Positions 30,585-41,039 of a stretch of 64,000 nt of DNA are shown here, piece after piece. The translations under genes were made by a program, and so were the position numbers. The notes beneath the pieces are model-generated. The model did not search any database and was not told where the DNA came from. It saw nothing but the letters and a program-made list of their open reading frames with translations. The stretch's first letter is position 1. Each line of letters starts with the position of its first letter. Origin of the DNA: Carpediemonas membranifera BICM (taxonomy: Eukaryota > Protista > Fornicata); contig JAHDYR010000007.1 of the NCBI GenBank assembly GCA_019828565.1, forward strand, positions 444,373 through 508,372. The letters are read 5' to 3'.

Positions 30585-31238
30585 ATGAACATCTTCTTCC
30601 TTTCCCGGAATCGCAAGGAATGCGCCAAATACTATCAAAACCTACACATGAAGATAATTCTCGAGATTGCACAGATGCTGTGCTCCAGCTACTACCTAAG
30701 CTTGGTCCCTGAGGACGGCAGCACCGATAGGCTCGAAGAATACACAAAGTCATGCCCAAAGCTGTACCGCCCAACGCACAAGGGCCATCCTATGGTCCAC
30801 TGGGTTGCCCGTACGCCAGAGAACTTCCAATACGCCGCCAGTCTCGGCCTTGACCTCTGCGCCGTCTACACAGGCCGAAGGGGACGCACCCACGCATGCG
30901 AGGAGATCATCCAGTGGTGCCACGATCACCCCCCGCCCCCGGTAGACCTGTCGGACACTGGCACCACGGTCTACGGACAGACGGACAATCCGGACGGGTG
31001 CACTCCGGTTCCCCTGTGCATGCCGCCCCAGTACAGGGGCACGTCCACAGTCGACTCATACCGTGCAGTTTATGTCGGGGAGAAGCTCGAGTTCCTTGGG
31101 AGTCGTCGCAGAGTGGCAGCGTGGACACCGGACGAGATCCCGCCGTTCGTGGAAGAGAGCAAGGAGTGGAAGAAGCTCCAGAAGGCCGAAGTGAAGGCCA
31201 AGGAAGAGTCCAAGGGGAAGCGCAGTCGGGCCGACTGA
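30585..31238 (+). CDS. Pyrimidine dimer DNA glycosylase (T4 endonuclease V/DenV superfamily, MNIF-type)
   Basis: MNIFFL...CA......K.ILE.AQML; LYRPTH.GHP..W; YT.R.G..H; P.CMP..Y....V.SYR..Y..EK. Confidence 0.85.
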   Translation: MNIFFLSRNRKECAKYYQNLHMKIILEIAQMLCSSYYLSLVPEDGSTDRLEEYTKSCPKLYRPTHKGHPMVHWVARTPENFQYAASLGLDLCAVYTGRRGRTHACEEIIQWCHDHPPPPVDLSDTGTTVYGQTDNPDGCTPVPLCMPPQYRGTSTVDSYRAVYVGEKLEFLGSRRRVAAWTPDEIPPFVEESKEWKKLQKAEVKAKEESKGKRSRAD

Positions 31239-31562
31239 CCGGACCGAGTGAACGGGGTTGAGTCCAAGACTGACCGATGAGGCATTTGATTGAGGATGCA
31301 TCACAGCTGGAATATGTCGTAAATAAGCACGAGAGAGACGCACACACGATGACCCATGCGATGTACTGGGCTGTACTGACCTGACCCACGAGCAACGCAT
31401 GGTCAACACTGGTCTTGGTTGCGTTTAACGCTATTTTGACCCGGTTCTAGCTCTGAGACAGTCAACTCAGACTGGATATCTCATATATAATCTCACTGTG
31501 TCAAAAAATTCGAGATCGCGAAAGAAATTCATTGCTCGAACAAAGAAGGACGAACAATTACT

Positions 31563-32183
31563 ATGACTACGGCGCTGTCGAGCCGGAATTATTACCCGAA
31601 GTCGCCGCAAACAGATCAAATAGCAAGAATACGAGACAAACGCCGGCGGCGGAATGAACTGCGCTATAGATTTGCAGAAAATTCGCCTGACGACGCTCAG
31701 GCGAACCATTTGGCGCTCTGTACCCTTTATAATGAACAAGAAGAGTATATTATGAACACACCGCCACAAGTAGCGGCCAATCCGTCGTCACCATCAGTTA
31801 TCAGCGGCGCGACCATCGATGCAATCCCAAGTTTCCCCGGTCGCCGGGCGATATCGCCCGTCAGGTCGCACTCATCGATCAAGTCGCCGCAGCTCTCAGC
31901 CCGGACAGGCTCAGAGCCCATTCTTCCGATCGTGAACACGCCACCACCGATGAACCGACGGGACATGGCCCACACCACGCCCGTCCGGTCTGATGTTGAT
32001 GAGCCACCACGCGCAGACGGCATATGCACGCCAGCAAGCGCGCTGTATGAGCCAGAACAACAAGATTCGCCGCGAGAGAACCGGCAGCAGTACCGCGAGC
32101 CTGAACTTCGGCAGAAGTCGAAGCCCATCAGCTTGGACAGCCCCGCGGGAGAATTCACGTCGCCGCTGAAGAGTTTGCTATAG
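31563..32183 (+). CDS. Hypothetical SP/TP-rich disordered protein
   Basis: 206-aa ATG-initiated ORF. Confidence 0.55.
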   Translation: MTTALSSRNYYPKSPQTDQIARIRDKRRRRNELRYRFAENSPDDAQANHLALCTLYNEQEEYIMNTPPQVAANPSSPSVISGATIDAIPSFPGRRAISPVRSHSSIKSPQLSARTGSEPILPIVNTPPPMNRRDMAHTTPVRSDVDEPPRADGICTPASALYEPEQQDSPRENRQQYREPELRQKSKPISLDSPAGEFTSPLKSLL

Positions 32184-32503
32184 AATAGTGTAGGGGGATA
32201 GGACGGATGTAAATATCCAGCGCATCACCGGAGATTTTTGGAGATCTATCGAGATTTTTGAGATATAACTGCCGACCGAGGATATCATCTGGGTGCTGTG
32301 AGGGATCTCCGGCCCATGCGCGTTGGTCAGACACTCTCTGCCACTCTCAGACCACTGTAACCATGTCAACCGAAGTGATCACCGGTCATCATCGTTCATG
32401 TGGCTCGAGCGGAGTATATTTAGCCAGCACGGTCAGACTCACCTCTATCCGAGGATACGCCACAGAATCAGCGGATTTATGTACATGTAAGCTACATATC
32501 ATG

Positions 32504-33126
32504 TTACAGGCACTGAACAACGGGTGTCGACGAGTGGAGGAAACTCATGGCCACTGGCTCCTCGATGCCAGCCGCAGTCTTGGCCATCGGCTCGGGGGTT
32601 GCCGGCCTGACTGATGCGAATGTCTCGTCGAGCTCGTCGAGGGAGACGTTAACCTTCCATTGCAGCAATCTGATGATGCGCTGCTCCAGCTGGTTGAGCT
32701 TGGGCAGGGGGATACGGGTCAGCGTCGACCAGTCCTTGTTCTGGTACGTCAGGTCCTCGAGAGCTTTGGAGGAGATGATGACGCATGTGGTGAACAGCAG
32801 GAAGAGGTCAGTCGCGTTGAGCTCGTCATCGGCGAGCACATCGTACCGGATACGCTGCACGAGTCGAGCAGCGCACATGTAGCACTCGCGGGAGATCCGT
32901 CCGCGACGCTGGATATCCTGTGTGAGCGGTGGCAAAAGCCATTGACGGGCGTTGAACAAACCAGGAGGTAGGCACTCAACGGAAAGTTCGGGAGCTGCCC
33001 ATTGGCGTAGGTTGGAAGAAAGTCGAATGTACTTAGTACAAAATCGACTGTTTGCATGAATGTCGTCCAATCCATCGCGTTCAAAAGCTGATAGGGCGTA
33101 TAGCAATCCTCGTTGGAAAGATCCAT
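32504..33126 (-). CDS. Pho80/PCL-type cyclin; one intron 32918-32961
   Basis: Spliced PLSAYLL|DIQRR; ISSKALED..Y.N..W; LNQLE..II.LL.W.V.V; 44-nt GTTTGT..CCGCTCACACAG intron joins two ORFs. Confidence 0.9.
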
Positions 33127-33652
33127 TGCTGGACTAAGTAGTATGTCTATCTCTAATGCTCTGTGTCGAGGGCCATCGATGACACGGTGTTTTTGACATG
33201 CCATCATCGCATCTCAATTCGCTTGAAGTTGATGGTGACACGCTTCATCTGGAAAATTGGTTTGCGGTCGGACTCGGGTCTACGAGAAGGTGGTTCAGCT
33301 TAGCTAGAGATTCTGGACACAACCTGCCACGGGTTCATCTCTTTTTCTGTGTCAACATCGGTCAAACCTGGGCCCATGACGGGGAGTCGAGTCAAAACGG
33401 GACATATGGAAATAGGGACTCACAGTGTCGACATGGCTGGCCGCTGGCCGCCGGTTCTGGTCTGGTTCATGGCAGATCCGGTCCAAATCTCGTTTTCCTT
33501 TGAGGATACGTCGGCCTAGCGACGAACAAGCTCAGATAGGCAGAGTAGAAGCGGTCTTGGGTCTGGATAGGTAGCGTGTCAGTGTCCACCTTCACCTCAA
33601 TCTTCCGGTCGGATTGATGGCATCAAGGCAAAAGCGAACCGACAGACGAACA

Positions 33653-34367
33653 ATGTCCTATGACGACGGCCGTTATCACTACTCGTTCAAAATAGCGCTG
33701 TTAGGCCCTAATGGCGTCGGTAAAACCGATGTACTGACGCACCACCTCCAAACAGAGGACATCAGTTCGTTTACCCCCAGACGCTCACACAGGCGCGCCA
33801 GCTACCATCCACAACATCGATTGCGGCATTTCATACGTTGTGAAGGATGTATCAGCTCTTGGAAGGCTCTATCGGGTCCAGTACTGGGACGTCCAGTCCG
33901 CCGAGCACTACATGACGCAAGTAGCGCGCGTATGCCGAGGCGCAGCAGGCTATGTCTTCGTTTTCGACATCACGGACCGCAAGTCCTTTGATATTACGAA
34001 GAAGCTCGCCCAGCTGTTTGAGCACACCGGCCCTGTGGTGAAGAAGGTCCTTATCGGCAACAAATGCGACCTCGAGAACCAGCGCGAAGTGTCCAAAGCC
34101 GAGGCCGAGGACCTCGTGTCCCAGTACAAGAGCAGCGGCATGGTTCAGTACTTCGAGACGAGTGGCGTCAGCGGGCAGGGCGTGTACGAGGCATTTACCC
34201 TGCTGCACACCGAGATCTTCGGCACAATCCCGAAGCACCCGGACCCAGAGCTCCTGCTGCAGCGTGGAGTGAGGCTGGGGAAGAGGTGGTATGGGGCAGG
34301 CGGGGAGGAGTTCGAGGCACACAACTTCAAGGTCGATGACACGACGACGAAGGTGGATTGGATGTGA
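33653..34367 (+). CDS. Atypical Rab-like small GTPase; one intron 33765-33792
   Basis: GPNGVGKT, WDVQSAE, NKCD, ETSG; 28-nt GTTCGT..ACGCTCACACAG intron restores the frame. Confidence 0.88.
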
Positions 34368-34653
34368 GCGGAGGCTGCGGAGCTTTCTGATGAATGACTA
34401 TCATCATTTTTAAACTGCACTTCTCATGCCTTATCCTGCACATTCGTCAATCGATGCCGATGCAGCTACCATCCCTGCCGATCAGGTGTCATGCTCGACC
34501 TCAACGGGGGCCCTGATAGGAAGCCACGCTGGCGTGACCTGGGGTTGTCGAGCAAAGGGCCGGGGCGACTTGAACGGGTGCTCAGCTGGCCGACTGCAAG
34601 GGCGCGCCATCTCCCATAAAATGCAGTCATCATTGAGTACCGGACACGCTTCA

Positions 34654-35514
34654 TCAGGCGAGGAGCTCCCCCCTGCCGACCAGCCCCAGCCCCCGCTCGA
34701 GACACCGCCGGCCGTCCCGGGGCAGCGCCGTCGTGGGGTCATCGGCAGCGAGAGCAACGATGGTTTCGATGCTCTCGGCAAAAGGCTCGTTGGTCTCCTG
34801 CTTGGCGACTACAGAGCAGAGCCACACGAAGTAGTGCCAGTAGGACGTCCCGGCCGGGTCCTGGGCGTTGGCCATCATCACCTCCTCGAATTCCCGCAGG
34901 ATAGTACTTGTGACGTCGTCCCCGCTGTCCAGGATGCCCCGCACGAGCCCGGCCCGCTGGTGCCACAGGCTGTAGTTGGACGCCTCGCCGTTCATCACGT
35001 ACTCCCGCCAGCTGTCTTCGCTGAGGGCTCCGTGGGCCCTGACCGTGAGCATGTGATCCCACACGTGGAAGTTCCGGGTGTCCCGCTCGGCGAGTTGCTT
35101 CATCCACACGGCGGGCTCCGCCAGCCATGCTTCCTGGCCAAGCTGGGAGAGGAGCCAGCGTCTGTAGTACCAGCTGGGGTAGATCTTGCTGTTGTCGGTG
35201 CTCTTGAGGAGGGAGGCCGTGTTGAAGTGGAGCTCGGAGGTCAGCACTTTCCTCGCCTCTTCGGGGGAGAGGGAAGCGAGCTCGGTCTCAATGAGGGATT
35301 TGCGGGCGTTCCATATGTAGTAACACGCGGGGTTCACGGTAAGAAGCTTCGTCAAAACCGTCTTGAGCCCAGCTGTCTCCTCTGGCGTCCGTTCTGCGTT
35401 AACCATCTGCCCCTTTGCCTCCTGAAACCAGGCATTCCACTTTTCTTTCACCTCAGTCTTCTTTTGCTGCTCTTCATCGGTGAGAGGCCCCCGCTTCTCC
35501 TTTCCGTGACCCAT
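34654..35514 (-). CDS. Protein prenyltransferase alpha subunit (RabGGTase alpha-like)
   Basis: NP..Y..WN.R, KIYPSWYYRRW, D.RNFHVWDH, SNYSLWHQR PPTA repeats. Confidence 0.85.
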   Translation of the reverse strand: MGHGKEKRGPLTDEEQQKKTEVKEKWNAWFQEAKGQMVNAERTPEETAGLKTVLTKLLTVNPACYYIWNARKSLIETELASLSPEEARKVLTSELHFNTASLLKSTDNSKIYPSWYYRRWLLSQLGQEAWLAEPAVWMKQLAERDTRNFHVWDHMLTVRAHGALSEDSWREYVMNGEASNYSLWHQRAGLVRGILDSGDDVTSTILREFEEVMMANAQDPAGTSYWHYFVWLCSVVAKQETNEPFAESIETIVALAADDPTTALPRDGRRCLERGLGLVGRGELLA

Positions 35515-35659
35515 TACGTCTCGGCCGCGCGCAGTTTAAAGTCAAGAGGGGAAGTGGGGTAGACATGCAGTGCGCCGGGATGGGAGACGCAGCCCGTCTC
35601 TATTTCGGGCTTTCGTGGACCCTTTCATACTTGCTAAAGTGCGAAACAAGAACGCGACG

Positions 35660-38596
35660 ATGGGGCAAGAAAGTAGCCGCATGGCCCTACTTAATGTGGG
35701 TCTTGTCCTCATATTGTCCATATTTGCGCTCTACAACTTCATCACGAACGTCTCTCTTTTCATTGTCGGCTCCCATCCCTTCTATGGCGAAAACGTGTAC
35801 TGCACGGACGGAAAGGAGCACCCCGAATGCGAGATTGCTGAAAACCTCCAGTTCGACAAGTTCCTCTGGCTGGTTACCGATGCGCATCCCCGCAACTTCG
35901 CCAACTCGACCTTCGACCTCTACGAGCAGCACAGCGCCCGTTTCAACACGTTCATCCCCGGCATCAAGTACTCCCACTCGATCTACTCCGGCTGGCTCAC
36001 CGGCAAGTACCCCACGAACTACCCCGGCGTCGGCATCGAGCTGGACACGTATCTGAAGGCGATTGCCCGCACCGAGGCGTACAAGGTCGTCTACCACGGC
36101 CCCGCTTGGTCCTTCGGTCTCATCAACGGCGAGGAAAACTGGCCGCGCATCTTCCACCGCACGGAGCTCATCGAGGAGGTGCACACGACCCAGTACGTCC
36201 GGCCGTACCCTGGCATACTCGGCAACGACCACGCCAGCCAGGACGAGCTCAGGGAGCGTATGAACGCCAAGCTGAACGCCTGGGCCGACGAGGGCGTCTC
36301 TGTTGTTGCCCACAGTGCCATCTTCGACCACGAGATGCACATCCACCCCCGCTGGCACCAGGAGACTGTGTCGATGGGCCGCCTGGTCGCCGCCGACCAC
36401 AACATGTTCAAGGCCTGGGTCGACGAGCACCCCGAGTACCTCCTCGTCATCTCCTCGGACCACGGCGTCGACGAGGGACCCGGCGGAGGCATCCTCCACG
36501 GCACGTCGTACAACTCCAACAACGGGTACATGATCCTGTACAACCCACGCCTGCCCAACATCGGCCGCGAGCTGTGGCAAGACTCGTGTGACATCGCCTC
36601 GACGGTCTCGTCCTACCTCCGTAACGTCGACTACCCACGCGCATCCATCGGCGTCCCCGCGCTCGACTTCGGCACGTCCCACCGTCTGGATCAGTACAAG
36701 GTCTACCTCCGCGCCGCACGCCAGCTCCTGGCCCACGCCGAGTCCCGCGACATCGTCCCCGATCCCCTCCTCGCGACCATGCTCGGCCGGCCCTTGCCCG
36801 ACCGGGTCGTGTCCGTCGACGAGGCCGAGGAGGCAGACAACGCCGCGATCCTCAGCGAGCAGGGCAGCTTCCTCTCCTCCGACTTCAAGGCGGGCCCGAC
36901 CGTGGTCGTGGTGGCGTCGGATCTCGTCACGATCAAGGCCGCTCTCGATGCTACGAAGGCGTCGCTCTCCTCGATGGCCACTTTCCCCCTCTTCGAGCTT
37001 CTCGAGACGCTCATCGTATTCCTCGTGGTCTTCGGCTTCGTCTTCATCGAGTACGCGTCCCACCCCTTCGCCGAGAGGTCCGCCGCCGCCTCCCTGGCCT
37101 CCGTGGCGACGCACATCTTCCTCTACGGCTCCCCCCTGGTCTTTGTCCTGCTGCCGACCCTCCCCGGCCGCATCACCGTCCCCGTCGTCGTGTTGATCGT
37201 CACGCTCGTCCTCTACGGCGTCATCGCGACTCTGCTGACCCAGTCAGCTCTCGAGGAGCAGAAGACGATCTCCTCCCGCCTGCTGTCGGCCGTCTCGCTC
37301 TCCTCCTTCCTCTCAATCAGCCTCCTCGCCCTCCACAAGTGGGTAGGTGGCAGCGACAACGGCGAGGGTATCGCCGACTCCATTCTCACCCTGCCTATCC
37401 TGCACCAGGGCGTGCTCCTCATTGCGACCGCCTGGATGATCGCCACCGTCCTCAGCTCCGTGCCCGCGGGCACCCACTGGCTCGGGACCTCTCCGACTAA
37501 CATGGCGTACAATACTGCCCGCATCACCATCGTCGTCATCGCCATGGTCTGCGTCCAGCTGTACGAGTGGACTGAGAAGCTCGAGGCCTTCTACCTCGGC
37601 CCCGGCATCCACCCTGTCGCCATGGCCGCCTATCTCTGCATGGGCGCCCTCGTTGCCCTCATGGTTGTCCCGGGCGCCGTCATCACGGACCTCATCATCC
37701 CAGTGAATCTGCTTCTATTCGCCCTCATGGGTAAGACGCCACTCAAGCTGCTGTGCGTCGTCGCCATCAACCTCCGCTGGCAGCTCTTGCTCGGCCCCAC
37801 AATCCAGGTCACCCGCCGCCTCGCCACCCTCGCCCTGGCCCGCCACCGCAAGGTCGACGCATACCTGCCCGAGTCCAGGCCCCGTCTGAGACCGCTCCTC
37901 CTCGACGCCGTGCAGGCGGCCACGGGCATCCCGCTGCTGTTCCATGCCGTGACTGTCTACTGCATCTTCACGATGCTGTACGACCTGATTTTCGGAGTGA
38001 ACATGGCGCCGTCGCTCTCGTTCTACCCACCGGCCGGCCGGGTCGGCTTCCAGTCTGATTCAATCTTCCCGTACATCTCAGCACTCTGCATGGGCCTGCA
38101 CAAGTACGGCATCATGATCATCAGCGGCACGTATATCTGGACCACGTTCACCACGGAGACAAACGTCAGACTGTGGCGCCGTAAGCCGATCGAGCACCCC
38201 ACCCGTCCGTTCGAGCCCAAGAAGGGCAAGGAGAAGGACATGGAGGCGTCGAGGGGCGACTCGCCCGAGCCGATGGCCGGGACGCGGCACCTGTCCGCCG
38301 GGGCCGACGTCGTCCGTTGCACCCGGCCGTTCCCCCTCTCCTTCCTGTCGGCCCCGCACCAACTCTTCCCGGCAGTGCTGCTGGTCCAGTTTGCGGCGCT
38401 CAACATCGCGCTGAGAGTACTGTTCCACGTGTGGACGAAGGAGATGGAGTACGAGGGTCTGTTCGCCCTCACGGGCCTCATGGGCATCACCGTCGTGTGC
38501 TATAACGCCGTCACGGGCCTCTATCTGGTGTTCGGGCTTCTCAGACACCGCCGGCAGGCCGTGTCCGAGGTGCTGAGCCCAGTTAAGATGAACTGA
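35660..38596 (+). CDS. GPI ethanolamine-phosphate transferase-like membrane protein (alkaline phosphatase superfamily)
   Basis: N-terminal TM, LVTDA, DHEMH and SSDHG metal motifs, then more than 10 TM helices; start at MGQESSRM. Confidence 0.7.
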   Translation: MGQESSRMALLNVGLVLILSIFALYNFITNVSLFIVGSHPFYGENVYCTDGKEHPECEIAENLQFDKFLWLVTDAHPRNFANSTFDLYEQHSARFNTFIPGIKYSHSIYSGWLTGKYPTNYPGVGIELDTYLKAIARTEAYKVVYHGPAWSFGLINGEENWPRIFHRTELIEEVHTTQYVRPYPGILGNDHASQDELRERMNAKLNAWADEGVSVVAHSAIFDHEMHIHPRWHQETVSMGRLVAADHNMFKAWVDEHPEYLLVISSDHGVDEGPGGGILHGTSYNSNNGYMILYNPRLPNIGRELWQDSCDIASTVSSYLRNVDYPRASIGVPALDFGTSHRLDQYKVYLRAARQLLAHAESRDIVPDPLLATMLGRPLPDRVVSVDEAEEADNAAILSEQGSFLSSDFKAGPTVVVVASDLVTIKAALDATKASLSSMATFPLFELLETLIVFLVVFGFVFIEYASHPFAERSAAASLASVATHIFLYGSPLVFVLLPTLPGRITVPVVVLIVTLVLYGVIATLLTQSALEEQKTISSRLLSAVSLSSFLSISLLALHKWVGGSDNGEGIADSILTLPILHQGVLLIATAWMIATVLSSVPAGTHWLGTSPTNMAYNTARITIVVIAMVCVQLYEWTEKLEAFYLGPGIHPVAMAAYLCMGALVALMVVPGAVITDLIIPVNLLLFALMGKTPLKLLCVVAINLRWQLLLGPTIQVTRRLATLALARHRKVDAYLPESRPRLRPLLLDAVQAATGIPLLFHAVTVYCIFTMLYDLIFGVNMAPSLSFYPPAGRVGFQSDSIFPYISALCMGLHKYGIMIISGTYIWTTFTTETNVRLWRRKPIEHPTRPFEPKKGKEKDMEASRGDSPEPMAGTRHLSAGADVVRCTRPFPLSFLSAPHQLFPAVLLVQFAALNIALRVLFHVWTKEMEYEGLFALTGLMGITVVCYNAVTGLYLVFGLLRHRRQAVSEVLSPVKMN

Positions 38597-38748
38597 TGCT
38601 TTTTAAACCATGTTTTTATGCAAATACTCTCTGTAAATGCAACCCTGGGATGGAATTTTGACGATAGATCTCTGTCGTGACAGATTAGATGTCTGTTGTA
38701 GTGAATTGAGGAAGGGAACCAGCCTGCCAGCCATATAAAATGAGATAT

Positions 38749-39513
38749 TTACAACTCGTCGTCGTCCTCGAGGTCGTCGAGGCCGAGCGGGGGGAAGTCG
38801 CCCACCTTGACTGCGCTGGGCCGCATAAAGCCGCCGCACATGGGGGCCGCGTCGAAGTAGCGCTTGCCCTTGACCACACCGTCGTGCTTGCCGCTGGGCT
38901 CGTCGTACTCGATGCCGACCCACCAGCCAGACTTGATCTCGGGCACGACGCCGACGAAGCGGACGGTGCCGCGGCGGCCACCAAGGACCTCGACGCGGTC
39001 GCCGACGTGGATGTGCTTGGCCTCCTCCTCGTCGGTCTTGTTCTCCTTCATGTTGCGGATCTTGACGAGCCAGGGGTGGTTGGGCTCCTCGCGCTCGAGC
39101 TTCTTCTTCCAGGCGCGGTACGAGTTGTCTCTCGCCTCGTACGCCTCGTCAGAGATCTCGTACTTCTCGACCTGGCTGAGGTCCTCGAAGCCGCCGTTCT
39201 TGGCCAGCGAGTTGGGGTTCGTGTCCTGGCAGTGCAGCGTGAAGCCGTCCTGGGCGCCGAGCGAGGCGAGCGTCGCGGCGTCGTTGTCAAGCGTGCAGAT
39301 GGTCTTTCCGCTGGCGTCCTGCAGCGTGAGCACCTGGAACGCGGGCTCCGTGCCCGTGCGCAGGTACACCTGGTCCTTGACCTTCTCCACGGTCCATTCG
39401 GGGTGGAAGCGCTGCTCCATGAAGACACCGGAGATATAGTTGTGCGCGATGTGGAGCTTAACCATGTAGCTCTCGGTGGTCTTCCATTCGAGCATCTCCT
39501 TCGGGATGTTCAT
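38749..39513 (-). CDS. TBCB: Tubulin-folding cofactor B (Ubl + CAP-Gly), copy 1
   Basis: E.RF...TV..K..L.TGT, D.SQVEKYEIS..Y..R, GKHDG CAP-Gly motif, acidic DDEL end; start at MNIPKEM. Confidence 0.93.
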   Translation of the reverse strand: MNIPKEMLEWKTTESYMVKLHIAHNYISGVFMEQRFHPEWTVEKVKDQVYLRTGTEPAFQVLTLQDASGKTICTLDNDAATLASLGAQDGFTLHCQDTNPNSLAKNGGFEDLSQVEKYEISDEAYEARDNSYRAWKKKLEREEPNHPWLVKIRNMKENKTDEEEAKHIHVGDRVEVLGGRRGTVRFVGVVPEIKSGWWVGIEYDEPSGKHDGVVKGKRYFDAAPMCGGFMRPSAVKVGDFPPLGLDDLEDDDEL

Positions 39514-40895
39514 CGTTGTGTTGGAATTCGGCAAATATGCTGACGAATCAATCAGATGATGGCGACAAAGGCGCCCCGCCCGGGCATGTAAAGACAGTGG
39601 CACGCGTCAGCCGGTGTTTATGATCTAAGCGCGGTTGTAGTAGCGAGCCTTCTCCTCAGCGGTCTGGTGCTTGCCGTGGCCGAGCTTGCTGCTGGTATCA
39701 ATGAACTTGAGGTCAGCGGCCTCGATGTTGCGGCTGGTGGGCATGATGGCCTTGCGGAGGGTGATGACACGCTTGCTGGTGCCGATGACGGAGCCCTTGA
39801 CGAGGAGGAACTCGTTGTTGATCTGGCCGTAGTGGGGGAAGCCGCCCATGGGGGTGATGGCCTTGTCGGTGAGATCGTAGGAGGTGGTGGCAGAGTTGGC
39901 GGCCTTGCCGTCGGCGAGGCGGTAGATCTGCTTGCCGGTGATGGTGCGGTGGTGGAAGCCATCCTGGCCGGAGCGGGCAACGGAGTAGCGCACGTTGGCA
40001 GGGTGCCAGGGGCCAATGCAACCGACGCGGCGGAGGCCACGGCGGGTCTTGCGGGGAAGGCGGGAGGTGCCCCAGCGGGTGGTGACGCCCTCGTAGCCGT
40101 TACCCTTGGAGACGCCGATGGTGTCGACGAGCTCGTCCTTGGCGAAGATAGAGGAAGCGAGGACCTCCTTCTCGAAGAGGGCGTAGCCGAAGTCGACCTT
40201 CTCGGCGGCGGAGCCACCGTTGATCTGGATCTCCATGATGTGGGCCTTCTTCTGGGAGAAGGGGACCTTGGACATCTGGGTGTGGGCGATCACGCGGACG
40301 ACGGAGCAGTACTTCTTCATGCGCTCGAGCTCGGCCATGCGGGTCTTCTCGGTGGTGGCGTAGTTGGCCTTGTGGACGGAGAAGGCCTTCTTCTTGGAGT
40401 TGTAGAAGTTCTTGTACTGGCGGCGGATAGCCTCCTCAGCGATGTGTTCGGCCCAGACGGTGGTGAGGGCGCGGAGACCGCGGGGGGTCATGGTGTAGCC
40501 GGTGATGCCGATGACGACCATGGGAGGGCAGTCGAGAACGGTAGCGGCCTCGGTAAGCTCGCGCTTATAGAGAGCGGAATCGCGGACAACGTGAGTCATG
40601 CCAGCCTTGAAGCCGATGAAGCCAGTAAGGTGAGGAGCAGCGTCCTTCATGTCCTTGGGGAAGGAACGAACGCGGCCGCGGATGTGCTTGCATCTCTTGC
40701 GGGGAAGGAAACCAAGGGAACCGTGGCGGGGAGCCTCGAACTTACGGTGAGACATTACTGCTGTCTTTCGCGAAACGCTTCAAGAGGTGTCGAGATGTGT
40801 CGAAACTTTACGACTCGGCCCGCCGGACCCTGAAAAGCAGCCGGGCGGCGGAGGGGGACATGGTGACAAGGTATGGCCAGTTTTGGCGTGGAGTT
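38750..40895. repeat. Left arm of 2.15-kb inverted duplication (TBCB + uL3)
   Basis: Reverse complement of 44891-47035; only difference noticed is one C in a homopolymer. Confidence 0.95.
39625..40755 (-). CDS. RPL3: 60S ribosomal protein L3 (uL3), intact copy
   Basis: [47 protein letters not shown]. Confidence 0.98.
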   Translation of the reverse strand: MSHRKFEAPRHGSLGFLPRKRCKHIRGRVRSFPKDMKDAAPHLTGFIGFKAGMTHVVRDSALYKRELTEAATVLDCPPMVVIGITGYTMTPRGLRALTTVWAEHIAEEAIRRQYKNFYNSKKKAFSVHKANYATTEKTRMAELERMKKYCSVVRVIAHTQMSKVPFSQKKAHIMEIQINGGSAAEKVDFGYALFEKEVLASSIFAKDELVDTIGVSKGNGYEGVTTRWGTSRLPRKTRRGLRRVGCIGPWHPANVRYSVARSGQDGFHHRTITGKQIYRLADGKAANSATTSYDLTDKAITPMGGFPHYGQINNEFLLVKGSVIGTSKRVITLRKAIMPTSRNIEAADLKFIDTSSKLGHGKHQTAEEKARYYNRA

Positions 40896-41039
40896 TCCAA
40901 TGAATTTGGTTGTTTCACAGCCACAGCGGCGGGTTCCCCTCAGGCCAGCCTGATCTGGCCGTCAACTATCGCCACCCGCGAGTTCTACTCTCCTGCTTAC
41001 GCATATGTAAAGTGCTTTATCCACATCCAGTCATGAAAC

